Source of the DNA: Bryobacterales bacterium
GTDB lineage: Bacteria > Acidobacteriota > Terriglobia > Bryobacterales > UBA6623
Length of the DNA stretch: 64,000 nucleotides
Reading direction: 5' to 3'
Assembly: GCA_965217195.1 (NCBI GenBank)
Contig: CBDCHL010000003.1
Span: 1,437,260-1,501,259, forward strand
Under the pieces are notes generated by a model, which was given only the letters and a program-made list of their open reading frames with translations, was not told the DNA's origin and searched no databases. Position numbers and translations under genes: made by a program. Numbering within the stretch: the stretch's first letter is position 1; every line of letters begins with the position of its first letter. Shown one piece after another: positions 49,500 through 59,085 of the stretch.

Positions 49500-50384
49500 A
49501 TGGATCGGCTTCAACAATCGGCGCCCCACCGACTTTCCGGTCTCTTCCTGATTGCCGCCGGGTGGCTAGGCATCCTCGCGGCGGCCGATTTCCCCCATGC
49601 CGCCGAGGTCGTCGCAGTTGAGAAACTCACCCACAACGTCAAGCGTGTCAGCTTTCGGATCCGGACCGGCAGCGGGTTCTCTTTCGAACCCGGACAGTTT
49701 CTCCTATTGCAAATACCGGACGACTACGTGGCGCAATGGAACGAGCGCTATGGAACAAACCACAGCGAAGTAGCGCGACCGTATTCGCTTGCTTCCGCCC
49801 CGCATGGTCTGCCGCGGTTCGACTTGATCATCGGACACCAACGGGCGCCGCGCGGCAAGGACGTTCCCCCCGGGTTGGCGTCCACCTACGTGCATACCGC
49901 GCTACGGCCGGGCGACGTCGTTCGTTTCGGTAACCCGGCCGGGAATCTCTATCCGCGCGACTCCGCGGAAGCGTTGACGAGCGAGCCGATGATCCTCGTT
50001 GCCGGCGGAACCGGCGTCGCGCCGTTCGTGGGGGTCTTAGAGCACTGGTTCGCGAGCAAGCGCCGGCCCGAGCGCAAGATCTATCTCTATCTCGGCGTTC
50101 GTGCCGCAAGGGATCTGCTGCTTCACGAAAAACTTTCCCGGTGGGATCGGGAAAACGAGAGTTTTCGCTATGTTCCGGCGTTATCTCGACCGCGCGCCGA
50201 CGACTCTTGGACAGGCGAGACGGGGTATATCAATATCGTCCTCGACAGCCATTTCCCGGCCCCCCTCTCCGCCGACGTTTCGATCGCGGGGTCGCCGATT
50301 ATGATTCGGGAAACGATCAAGGTTCTGCGAGCCAAGGGGCTCGACGAGGCAAGGATTCGTCACGATCCCCCGCCCGAGCGCTGA
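49500..50384 (+). CDS. FNR-like FAD/NAD(P)-binding oxidoreductase with N-terminal membrane anchor
   Basis: RPYSLAS (RxYS FAD motif) and LVAGGTGVAPF (NAD(P) binding GGxGxxP). Confidence 0.85.
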   Translation: MDRLQQSAPHRLSGLFLIAAGWLGILAAADFPHAAEVVAVEKLTHNVKRVSFRIRTGSGFSFEPGQFLLLQIPDDYVAQWNERYGTNHSEVARPYSLASAPHGLPRFDLIIGHQRAPRGKDVPPGLASTYVHTALRPGDVVRFGNPAGNLYPRDSAEALTSEPMILVAGGTGVAPFVGVLEHWFASKRRPERKIYLYLGVRAARDLLLHEKLSRWDRENESFRYVPALSRPRADDSWTGETGYINIVLDSHFPAPLSADVSIAGSPIMIRETIKVLRAKGLDEARIRHDPPPER

Positions 50385-50389
50385 CCGAG

Positions 50390-50806
50390 TCAAGCGGCTT
50401 CCGTCGCGCCACTCGAACGCATCGCGGACCAGCTGCCAGCCAACGCCGCCAAGGAGACGAAAAACAGAATCATGAATTGTTCGAAGTGTTCCGGGCCGCT
50501 GAAGCGGTAGGAGGGCCGCGCGAGAGCCCACAGCAGCAAGGCCCAGACGGCAAGGTTCCAGGCAAACAGCATCGATCCGCCGGCCGTCCCCGGGCCGCTA
50601 AGCAGCAGGATCAGCGCGATGAAGCAGAAGGCACCGATTCCGATCAACAACAATGGCATCCATTCCGGCTCCACGCCGGGCACCAGCTCAAAATAGAGTT
50701 CCTTGCCGGTCACCGAACCAACGAACCCTATTGCGAAGAGAAACAGGCCCGCGGCAAGACTGAACAAATAACAAATGAGCCGAAGGACTAACCCAACCAC
50801 TTTCAT
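50390..50806 (-). CDS. small integral membrane protein (138 aa, 4 TM)
   Basis: Start at ATG 50806 (MKVVGLVLRLICYLFSLAAGLFLF). The upstream 63 codons in the ORF track are Arg/Ser-rich and look non-coding. Confidence 0.6.
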   Translation of the reverse strand: MKVVGLVLRLICYLFSLAAGLFLFAIGFVGSVTGKELYFELVPGVEPEWMPLLLIGIGAFCFIALILLLSGPGTAGGSMLFAWNLAVWALLLWALARPSYRFSGPEHFEQFMILFFVSLAALAGSWSAMRSSGATEAA

Positions 50807-51099
50807 CCCGAAACCTCTGGGGTGGAGAGTTTCCGCATTGTACAGCAAGGGGCAGCTTACTGACGGCATCCGGGCGGAACGGAACGGCCCAACCACGGCA
50901 TTTGTTGCTGCTGTGTTTCGACGGCTTCTTCCGCTCCCCTTGGGCCGGTCCTGCCGCGAGCCTGTTTTCAACGGGTTTCTCTCCCCCATCCCCACCGCTC
51001 ACGAAGTACGATTGGCCAACTAAACTAATATGCTTGTCCCGGAAGGCAGCATCAGAATCGCCCGGCCTATGGTGGGCGCAATGCTCCACGTCCCGATCC

Positions 51100-52476
51100 A
51101 TGCATAGCCGGCTTCTAACGATCCACAAGAATCTTATGCATTGGGCAGGGAGCGGCTTTTTACTAATTCTTGCGGTCGCTTTGCTCCCTGCGTCCGACAC
51201 GGAAACGCCGAAGGTCTACCTTGCTCGGCGTGAGATGCTGGCTCAGAAGCATGCCGACGGCCCGATCGTTGTGTTTGGGTACCGCGAACACGAGGCGCAG
51301 TCAAGCCGCTCGGGGTTCCGGCAACAAAACGACTTTTACTACCTGACGGGATGGAACGAGCCCGGCGCGACTCTGTTGATTCTGCCCCAGAAGCGCGCCC
51401 GGCGGTACCGCGAAATCCTTTTTCTCCCCAAGCGAAACGCTCATCGCGAGCAATGGACTGGATCGAGGCTCGGTCCCGGCGAACCGGGTGCGGGCGTTGC
51501 GGTGAGTGTGGACGATCTTCGCGACATCGAAGAGCTTTCTAAGGTTCTCGGCATGGAATTGCCGCGTCATCGACGGCTCTACAGCGTCTTGCCCTCCCGT
51601 AAGGGTTACGCCGAACAACCCCTCCCCGATCGCAGGGAGCGCCTTGGGAAGCTTGCTCCCGGGTTCGACCCCGTTGATGTGAGCAACACCTTGGCCTCAA
51701 TGCGAGCCGTTAAGTCCGCCGAAGAAATCGAGTACCTTCGAAAAGCCGCCGAAGCGACAATGGCCGCCCACCGTGCTGCCTGGCACCAAATTCGGCCGGG
51801 CATCGCGGAGCGGGAAATTGCGGGCCGCATGATCGCCACACTGATGGCCCACGGTTGTCAACGTCTCGCCTACACGCCGATCGTCGGCGCCGGGCGAAAC
51901 ACGACGATCCTCCATTACGACAAACTAGCCGGACGGCTTCGTGCCGGCGATTTGGTCTTGGTCGACGTTGGCGGGGAATACGAGCAGTACGCGGCCGACA
52001 TCGCGCGCACAGTACCTGTGAGCGGCCGCTTCACCTCTCGACAGCGCAAACTCTATGACATCGTGCTCGGCGCACAGCGGGCCGCCATCAAAGCCGTCAA
52101 GCCAGGCATGCGATTAGCGGGCGACGGAAAGAAGAGCCTACACCGCGTCGCTAAGCAATACTTCGACAAACAGACCTGGGAGGGCGAGACCGAGCTGAGC
52201 CGTTATTTCCCTCACGGACTCGGACATCACGTCGGGCTGGCCGTGCACGATCCGGCTGATGCCAAGACAGCGCTCGAGCCGGGCATGGTGATTACGATCG
52301 AGCCGGGGCTTTATCTGCCCGACGAAGGGCTCGGGATTCGCGTCGAAGACATGGTGCTGGTCACGGAGGACGGCGCGGAAGTTTTGACGAGCGCCCTGCC
52401 GAAAGAGGTCGACGAAATCGAAAAGATCATGCAGCATCGCAGCGCAGGCGCCCGCGTCGCCCGGCCGGTCCCCTGA
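51100..52476 (+). CDS. Xaa-Pro aminopeptidase (M24B, aminopeptidase P family), exported
   Basis: N-terminal AMP_N-like region (FRQQNDFYYLTGWNEPGA). M24 metal ligands in VLVDVGGEYEQYAADIART, HGLGHHVGLAVHD and ITIEPGLY...GIRVEDMVLVT. The start is ATG 51100 or 51136. Confidence 0.87.
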   Translation: MHSRLLTIHKNLMHWAGSGFLLILAVALLPASDTETPKVYLARREMLAQKHADGPIVVFGYREHEAQSSRSGFRQQNDFYYLTGWNEPGATLLILPQKRARRYREILFLPKRNAHREQWTGSRLGPGEPGAGVAVSVDDLRDIEELSKVLGMELPRHRRLYSVLPSRKGYAEQPLPDRRERLGKLAPGFDPVDVSNTLASMRAVKSAEEIEYLRKAAEATMAAHRAAWHQIRPGIAEREIAGRMIATLMAHGCQRLAYTPIVGAGRNTTILHYDKLAGRLRAGDLVLVDVGGEYEQYAADIARTVPVSGRFTSRQRKLYDIVLGAQRAAIKAVKPGMRLAGDGKKSLHRVAKQYFDKQTWEGETELSRYFPHGLGHHVGLAVHDPADAKTALEPGMVITIEPGLYLPDEGLGIRVEDMVLVTEDGAEVLTSALPKEVDEIEKIMQHRSAGARVARPVP

Positions 52477-52590
52477 CCCGCCCCATGCCCTACTGTTCCA
52501 TGACCTGCCACTTGACCTGTAGCGACGATCTTCAGGTCCGCGTCCCGGTTTTGAAGTTGGAGAATAATCGAGAGCTGATTTGGCCGTCAC

Positions 52591-53067
52591 TCAAAGGGAA
52601 AGCTTCAGAAAAACCGCATCAGGTGTCGGACTCGAGGAGTACGCCGCCACCTCCGAAAATCCGATTTGAGTGTACAGTCGCAAGGCCGACTTCATGGACT
52701 TCAACGTGTCGCCGTACATCTCTTCGTACCCTTCTTCACGTGCTTCTTGCACCAATCTGCCGAGAAGGGCTTTGCCGACGCCATTGCCTCGAATCTGGCG
52801 GCGAACATAGAGCCGTTTGGCTTCGCAGGAGCGGCCACGCAGAGGGCGTAACGCGGCGGTGCCCGCCGGGCGGCCGCGGATCAGGGCAAGCAATAGACGG
52901 CCCTTCGGCGGCGCGTAAGCGCCCGGAAGGGACTCGCGTTCTTCCGTGAAACTTTGAAAGTCGGCTGGAAGCTCCAGGGAATCCCAGTACTCGCTCCAGA
53001 GATCTTTGACGGCTTCGATCTCCTGAGAGGAAGCCGAAATGATGTCGGCTTCAGGGCGTTCGGGCAT
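52591..53067 (-). CDS. GNAT-family N-acetyltransferase
   Basis: Acetyl-CoA motif A: RRQIRGNGVGKALLGRLVQEAR. Confidence 0.85.
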   Translation of the reverse strand: MPERPEADIISASSQEIEAVKDLWSEYWDSLELPADFQSFTEERESLPGAYAPPKGRLLLALIRGRPAGTAALRPLRGRSCEAKRLYVRRQIRGNGVGKALLGRLVQEAREEGYEEMYGDTLKSMKSALRLYTQIGFSEVAAYSSSPTPDAVFLKLSL

Positions 53068-53226
53068 GGAATCAGCCTAACACCTACAGCTTTCCATGCA
53101 TTTCGCCTCGACACTTGGTGAAATATCCGGGTAGCCTGGGTTAGGCTAGGCCGGCCGCCGTCAAATGGCAAGAACGGCAGGACGGGTCCAGAGGATTCCC
53201 AATCGCAAACCGGCACAGCCATCTCC

Positions 53227-54531
53227 ATGAAACAAGCCATCGAACGCTACTTCGAATTCGGCAAGCTGGGGACCGGCTTCCGCACGGAAATCCTCGCGGG
53301 TGTGACGACGTTTCTGACGATGTCGTACATCATCTTCGTCAACCCGGCGATTCTGCGCGAGGCCGGCATGCCTCCGGCGGCAGTCGCGGCGGCAACCTGC
53401 TTGGCGGCGGCGCTGGGAAGCATCCTGATGGGCGTCTACGCTCGCTACCCCATCGCCTTGGCGCCGGGGATGGGGATCAACGCTTATTTCACCTACACCG
53501 TTGTGATCGGCATGGGCGTCCCATGGCAAACGGCGCTGGGAGCAGTGTTTCTGTCGGGCTTGGTCTTTTTGGGGCTCACGCTCGTGGGAGTGCAGCAGGC
53601 CATTGTGTCGGCGATCCCGAGAGATCTCTACGCCGCGGTGGGCGGCGGCATTGGATTGTTTCTCGCGCTGATCGGGCTACGGAACATCGGCCTGATCACG
53701 GCCCACCCGGCCACGCTGGTGACCCTGGGCGATCTCTCCAGCCCGGATACCTTACTCGGAATGTTCGGCTTGCTGCTGACAGCCGGTTTGCTGGCCTGGC
53801 GCGTGAAGGCGGCGATCGTAATCGGGATCGTAGCAACGACGGGCTTGGCGGCCCTATTCGGCCGTGTGCACAAGCAGACTTCCGCCGGGCTCGCGGAACT
53901 CGGCGCGGCCTGGGGGGAATTGGATATTGCCGCCGCGATGAGCCTGGGGTTGCTCGAAATCGTGTTCGTGTTTTGGTTCGTCGATCTGTTTGACAACATC
54001 GGGACGCTGGTCGCCGTCGGCAATCGGGCGCGTCTGTTTCCACAAAAGGGCGAGATCCCCCGCATCCGGCGCATCCTGCTTGCCGACGGGGCGGCAACTA
54101 CGTTTGGGGCCGTCTGTGGGACCTCGACCGTCGTGAGCTATATCGAAAGCGCGGCGGGCGTCGCCGCGGGCGGCCGCTCGGGGTTGTCGGCGGCCGTGGC
54201 GGGCCTGCTATTTGTCCTGTCGCTGTTCGCAGCGCCCTGGGTCGGCGTAATTCCCACCGCCGCAACTGCGCCCGCTTTGATCCTGGTCGGCTGCTTGATG
54301 ATGGCGACCGTCCGCGAGATCAATTGGGACGACATGGTTGTCGCCGTCCCGGCCTTTCTCACCATCGTGATGATTCCGCTCAGCTACAGTATCGCGAACG
54401 GGCTGGCAATCGGCTTCGTCAGTTTCACGGCACTGAAGGTTTTCCGCGGCCAAGGACGCTCGATTGGTTGGCTGGTCTACCTGTTGACCGCGCTGTTCAT
54501 CGCGAGGTTTCTGTATTTAGGGGCGGAGTAG
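53227..54531 (+). CDS. NCS2-family purine permease (AzgA-like adenine/guanine/hypoxanthine)
   Basis: MKQAIERYFEFGKLGTGFRTEILAGVTTFLTMSYIIFVNP is the characteristic AzgA N-terminus. 434 aa, polytopic. Confidence 0.92.
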   Translation: MKQAIERYFEFGKLGTGFRTEILAGVTTFLTMSYIIFVNPAILREAGMPPAAVAAATCLAAALGSILMGVYARYPIALAPGMGINAYFTYTVVIGMGVPWQTALGAVFLSGLVFLGLTLVGVQQAIVSAIPRDLYAAVGGGIGLFLALIGLRNIGLITAHPATLVTLGDLSSPDTLLGMFGLLLTAGLLAWRVKAAIVIGIVATTGLAALFGRVHKQTSAGLAELGAAWGELDIAAAMSLGLLEIVFVFWFVDLFDNIGTLVAVGNRARLFPQKGEIPRIRRILLADGAATTFGAVCGTSTVVSYIESAAGVAAGGRSGLSAAVAGLLFVLSLFAAPWVGVIPTAATAPALILVGCLMMATVREINWDDMVVAVPAFLTIVMIPLSYSIANGLAIGFVSFTALKVFRGQGRSIGWLVYLLTALFIARFLYLGAE

Positions 54532-54667
54532 GGTGGGCAGCGAGCCGTCGAGTTCCCAAACGGTCTCCGCGGGCGCAACAGCCTGCCCTGTTCCGAAGTC
54601 CCGATCAACGTCCTTTTGAGGCTCGCGTCCGAGCGTGGACTTCCGTCCACGCCTCTGTTTCGACCGC

Positions 54668-54707
54668 GTGAAAAGACACGTTTCCGCGACCTTGTTGGGA
54701 AGGCGTC
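54668..54707. repeat. repeat family 3, 40-nt module (copy B)
   Basis: gtgaaaagacacgtttccgcgaccttgttgggaaggcgtc. Confidence 0.7.
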
Positions 54708-54721
54708 GAGCTGCCGGCGCA

Positions 54722-54824
54722 GAGGAAACCACTTGCCAAACAGAGCCGCATCGCCACGCGATGCGGTCACTGAAGAATAGTGCTTTGCCGCCAAACAAAC
54801 TTTTTCAAGCGGTCGTGGTACTAG
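54722..54824. repeat. repeat family 3, 103-nt module (copy B; opposite orientation to copy A relative to the 40-nt module)
   Basis: gaggaaaccacttgccaaacagagccgcatcgccacgcgatgcggtcactgaag...ctag. Confidence 0.85.
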
Positions 54825-54857
54825 AAACCTGAACTCCTGTCCGGCTCCACTCCGGCA

Positions 54858-55490
54858 TCACTCTCGAGACCCTGAAGCGGCTTCGTTGGGTTGCCAGAGC
54901 ACCTCTTCGGCCCCCAGTTTGACGCAGGCCCAGCGGCTCCACACGAACAACGCGTCGCTAAGGCGGTTCAAATAGCGCAGCGCCGTGCCTGGAACCTCTT
55001 CCGCGCGGCTCAGGGCGACCAGGATCCTCTCGGCGCGCCGGCAAACCGTGCGGCAGACGTGCAATTCCGCATTGAGGCGGCAGCCGCCGGGCAGCACAAA
55101 CGACGGCAGCGAGGCCAATTCGACATTGGCGCGATCGATCTCGCGCTCGAGCTGCGCGACGTCGGCCTCGGCGATTTGGGGCTGCTGCGGGCGCACCTGC
55201 TCCGGCTCGGTGGCGAGAATCGAGCCGAGGTTGAAAAGCTCGTGCTGCACGCGGAGCAGAATGCGTGATAGGTGCTCCATCGGCTTGCAATCCGCCGCCG
55301 CTTCGTCGGCCGAAACGCGCGCGATACCGATGAAGGAATTCAACTCGTCAACGGTCCCGTAGGCTTCGATGCGGAGATGATCCTTCGGGACGCTCGTGCC
55401 GCCTACCAAACTGGTTTCTCCGCTGTCGCCGCGCTTGGTGTAGATCCGGCTGAGGTTGACGGCGGGGTCTTTGTAGGCGGGGTCGGACAT
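54858..55490 (-). CDS. PduO-type ATP:cob(I)alamin adenosyltransferase
   Basis: Start at ATG 55490. IYTKRGDSGETSL and AYGTVDELNSFIG are the family hallmarks. The 86 upstream codons in the ORF track are not supported. Confidence 0.88.
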   Translation of the reverse strand: MSDPAYKDPAVNLSRIYTKRGDSGETSLVGGTSVPKDHLRIEAYGTVDELNSFIGIARVSADEAAADCKPMEHLSRILLRVQHELFNLGSILATEPEQVRPQQPQIAEADVAQLEREIDRANVELASLPSFVLPGGCRLNAELHVCRTVCRRAERILVALSRAEEVPGTALRYLNRLSDALFVWSRWACVKLGAEEVLWQPNEAASGSRE

Positions 55491-55744
55491 GTTGGAAAAA
55501 GCCGCGCGTAACGCTTGGGGCCTTCTACGTAAACCCGACCGCCCCATCACAATTATACCGGCCGAAGGACACGCTTTCCGCGTGCCCAGGGCGCCATTCT
55601 TGGCGACGAAATCCAAAGCGAGCGCGGCGTTCCGGCTGCCGTCAAGCTGCGCACGGCAGGCTCGAAGAGCCCCGCAGCCTTGGCCGGCGCTCCAAGCTCT
55701 CTCGCCGGCGTTCGACAGCCTGCTTGGCGAGCGCCGCCCCGTCC

Positions 55745-56275
55745 TCACTGCCCCGTCAATCGCACGACCAACTCCGCCAGCACTTCGTCCACCCGCTGCT
55801 CAATCTCCTCCCGAGTCTGGTCTTGAATCGGGTGCCGCACAAAGACCGCCTCATAGTCAGCGCGCCCTAAAGCCGCCGCCTGCGCGCGAGCCGCCGACGC
55901 GAAAACGTCGGTCGCGATCGCTGCCGTGGGAATGCCGAGGTTTTCGAATGTCACCGCATCGTGCAAACTGCACGTTGTGCAAGACCCTCAATCAGCCAGC
56001 GCCTCGATGACAGCATCAACGCCTGCCTGCTTCAAGCGATTCACGACGTTCTCAGGCGCCGGTTTGGCGAAAGTCGGCTTGGCGTCGCGCACAACCCGTT
56101 TGACACCGTGATCGTCCACAAGCCGTTGCTCGAGCCGATCAAGAAAGACGCTCCCACCGGGCTTGCTGATATCGAGCAGCCCAACGGTCGCGCCGTCAAG
56201 GCGCGTCAACCGCGCGGCAGGCGAGCGGTTCGGCCGCGCGGTTTCATCCAGTGGACTCACCAAAATCGTCGGCAT
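55745..56275 (-). CDS. UGSC-motif selenoprotein candidate (176 aa, in-frame UGA at 55988-55990 read as Sec)
   Basis: ORFs 55988..56275 and 55745..55966 share one frame and are separated only by a TGA plus 7 sense codons: ...GVDAVIEALAD-U-GSCTTCSLHDAVTFENLGIPTAAIATDVF. The coding character continues on both sides of the TGA. Confidence 0.7.
55960..55974 (-). promoter_or_regulatory. candidate SECIS stem-loop
   Basis: The mRNA reads UGA GGGUCUUGCACAA CGUGCA-GUU-UGCACG: a perfect 6-bp stem starting 13 nt after the UGA. An overlapping alternative is UUGCAC-AAC-GUGCAG. Confidence 0.45.
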
Positions 56276-56332
56276 GATATTCCTCCCTAGTTCGGGCCCC
56301 GTTCCAAAGCCGCGGGAAATTTCATCACGTAG

Positions 56333-56362
56333 CTACAGAGCCCCGAGCGAAAGCGGCGGTCC
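56333..56362. repeat. REP family 2, diverged single arm
   Basis: ctacagagccccgagcgaaagcggcggtcc, located between the thioredoxin-fusion gene and the selenoprotein gene. Confidence 0.5.
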
Positions 56363-56460
56363 CGGCGGCCCGGCGCAACCGGGAAGGGCCGACCCCCATT
56401 CGGTTCTCTTCGTCCGGTCGGCAAAACCCGGGTGTCTGTCGCACCACGTCTCGGCCCTAT

Positions 56461-58074
56461 CTACCGCTGTCGAATCGGGTACGTCACCATTTGGCTCCCC
56501 CGCGGCCCCGCGGCCCACGAACCCAACACGGCCGAAAACTTCCCCGCGTCGCCGCCCGCAACCATGAGATGAATCGCCTCCGGGCGACCGAACTTCCGAT
56601 AGCACGGCTCTCCGTCGATCACGATCTCCTCGTAGCGGGCGGTTGCTTGCGTTCCCTCGCCGCCGTCGTCGTTGTTATACGACCGCAGCGGAACCCCCGT
56701 ATGGTCAAACAGAAATTCGCGCACATCTTGCTTGGATAACCCGTCCCGCGCAATGGTGGCCGCGTGCTCGAGCCCGACAATTACTAAGGCCTCGTGGCTT
56801 CCACACGCACGCAACGTCCACACCGTGGCCAACGTGTGGCAAATCGTGCGCAAAACGGCCCGGGCGTCGCGCGCCGTGTGCTCGCTGACCGACCGGGGCG
56901 GCTCGGCAGCGTACATCGTGACGGCACTTTCGTCCGGATCGATGCCGCGCTCGATGTGCAGCGGCTCCCAAGGACTGTTTTCTTCGTTCTCGGCGATACA
57001 GAAACTAAAGCGGCCCGGGGTGCCCAGCGTCGACATGTCGATTTCGCCGGGGCGCGCCCCCCCGATATGAGTCAGCACCAGCTGAAACGCGCGGCCCAGG
57101 CTGCTGTTGGCGTGCGCGGTATTGCTGAAAACGCCGCTCCCGGAGACAAATCCCAGCTCTCGCCGGACCGGTCCATTGATGATCATCAACGGTGCCGCGA
57201 TATGGGTGGTCCCTTGCACCCCGTGCAGGTTGAACCGCTCGTCGCACGCCGCCCGCAACGCACTCATCAAGACCGGCATCATCTCGGGGCGGCACCCTGC
57301 CATCACCGCATTAGCCGCAACCTTCTCGACCGTCGCGAAGCCGTAGTTTGGCGGAACCTGGGCGACCACCCGGGTCGGCGGGAGCCCCGCGGCTTCGATC
57401 ATTCTCTCGACACGCGCCATCGTCGGCGGAACAACCGGCAGCGGATCGCTAAAACCCGCTTGGACGCAGATATCGAATAGGTCCTGTCCCTCGCTCACCT
57501 CTATGCGCGACGCGGGCGGCCCGTCCAGCGCATACAGATCGAGCGCCGAAGCCGCCTCGCCCTCGGTCACCTCCTCGCGATGTCGCGATACGCAACCCGG
57601 CTTGTTTTGAGGAACACCGTCGAAGGGGTCAGCGATCTCGACGGCTTCTTTGCCGATCAGCCCGCCGAGCACGACTGCCCATTCATTAAACGCCGCCTTC
57701 TCGAATCCCGTGTGCTGCCGAACAATGCGACCCTCCGCATCCACCAGGAAAAGAGTCGGAACCGCAAGCGGGTCATAGAGACGCGAGACCGAAAGATCCG
57801 TGTCAAGTACAACCGAAAAATCCATGCCCAAGCGCGAGACGATCTCGCGCGTAGGCTCGACGGGGTCTTGAGAGATACCGACTACGGCTGCCCTGTCGCC
57901 GAGCCAATCGGCAAGCCGTTTGAAATAGGGAACCGAAAGCCGGCACGAAGGGCAGTCGGTTTCGAAGAAAAACAAGATACCGGGTCGACCCGCGGTTTCG
58001 TCCGTCAGATTCCACGCCGTCCCGTCCAAGCGGCGCAGGGAGAATGGAGGAGCCTTTGTATCCAGGGCCGGCAT
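56461..58074 (-). CDS. TlpA/AhpC-like thioredoxin-fold domain (CPSC) fused to an unassigned ~370-aa domain
   Basis: N-terminal KAPPFSLRRLDGTAWNL...ILFFFETDCPSCRLSVPYF...PTLFLVDAEGRIV is a TlpA-type fold. The remainder (PPNYGFATVEKVAANAVMAGCRPEMMPVLMSAL...HGVQGTTHIAAPLMIINGP...) is conserved-looking, but I cannot name it. Confidence 0.85.
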   Translation of the reverse strand: MPALDTKAPPFSLRRLDGTAWNLTDETAGRPGILFFFETDCPSCRLSVPYFKRLADWLGDRAAVVGISQDPVEPTREIVSRLGMDFSVVLDTDLSVSRLYDPLAVPTLFLVDAEGRIVRQHTGFEKAAFNEWAVVLGGLIGKEAVEIADPFDGVPQNKPGCVSRHREEVTEGEAASALDLYALDGPPASRIEVSEGQDLFDICVQAGFSDPLPVVPPTMARVERMIEAAGLPPTRVVAQVPPNYGFATVEKVAANAVMAGCRPEMMPVLMSALRAACDERFNLHGVQGTTHIAAPLMIINGPVRRELGFVSGSGVFSNTAHANSSLGRAFQLVLTHIGGARPGEIDMSTLGTPGRFSFCIAENEENSPWEPLHIERGIDPDESAVTMYAAEPPRSVSEHTARDARAVLRTICHTLATVWTLRACGSHEALVIVGLEHAATIARDGLSKQDVREFLFDHTGVPLRSYNNDDGGEGTQATARYEEIVIDGEPCYRKFGRPEAIHLMVAGGDAGKFSAVLGSWAAGPRGSQMVTYPIRQR

Positions 58075-59085
58075 CGCGCAACTGTATAGCCAGTTGCGTG
58101 CGATTATATCGCAGCCGAACCAAGTACCGATCGAAAGATGACTGTCGGCAACCGTATCGAGACAATCGGCGTGCGGCCTCTCATCCCGAACACGCAGCGA
58201 CAGGGTTCGAAAAAACCCGCTGCTCTAACCGCCCAGCAAGCCGGCGACAACACAACCTATCGCTCTTTGTACGACAAGCTAGGAATTTCCCTTCGTTAAT
58301 CCGCGAAGCGCCGGAAAAGTTTCCGAGAGGTCCCGCATCGGACGGCCGGCTGCTTCCGATATGGGGGATTGTCGGAAAGCACTGGCCTATGCAGGGGATC
58401 CGCACGGTGGAAGCTGAGCCTGGGACACCCGCTGCCGCGAACCGAGACTTGGCGGAAGTAATCGTAGACCCCCGTCGGTCGGACTCACATCCAAGAGCTT
58501 GTTGCTGACCGTGGTGAAGGGCCAGCCCCCCGCCTGCGTTGACACTGCGCCGTCAGGGAGGATCTAGTGCCATATGGGCAAACGGATGCTTGACGGGGTG
58601 GAGGCCTTCGTACTGCATGCCCACGCTAGAATGATGGGCGTCACCGTCGGATAGATGTTGAGAAATGATTTCCCGTCGAGCAATCAGCCGTCAGATCCGC
58701 CGCGACCAGGCCGCCGCAAGGGCCGAAAGTGAGTTCTCTCAGGCGGCTAGCGAGCGTCGGGGCCGATAGCGAGTGACATCGATTGTTATCGCCATCGATC
58801 CTCAAAGCGCTTCCGGTACCGGCATTAGGTCGGACCCGCTCTGGTCGGCGACCGGCATCTGGAAGCGAAATTGCCACGATTCCTGCAGGCGTGAGCACCG
58901 GCCGAGGTGAAAGCGCCCGAAAGGCCGATCCGGGCCTCGTACTCACCAAGCCGTCGTTTCCAGGGCTGTCGAAAAAGCAGAGCCGCTTCCGTGTCGCGAT
59001 GATCGATCCGAGCGTGGGATCACGGCGGACTGACTGGAAAAACCTAAGCACGGGACAGGGCCTGTGTTTCTAGTGGAGGCACCGC

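Noticed and set aside
53068-53226. Possible purine riboswitch upstream of the NCS2 purine permease.
   Set aside because: Only an 8-bp inverted repeat (agcctaac / gttaggct) is present. I could not find the conserved purine-riboswitch junction/loop sequences.
55491-55744. Possible cobalamin riboswitch upstream of the PduO-type adenosyltransferase.
   Set aside because: No B12-box-like sequence or the GGGAA/GGTG elements were found. Only an isolated TATAAT (55552-55557, minus) is present, with no convincing -35.
58195-58225. tRNA-like T-arm look-alikes: gggttcgaaaaaaccc here and gggttccgaatccc at 38495-38508.
   Set aside because: The loop lengths and stems do not fit a T-arm, and no acceptor or anticodon stems can be built around them. 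No tRNA gene is called in the window.
58641-59051. 136-aa minus-strand ORF in the long intergenic gap.
   Set aside because: No RBS, an Arg/Ser/Pro-rich composition and no recognisable motif. The support is insufficient.
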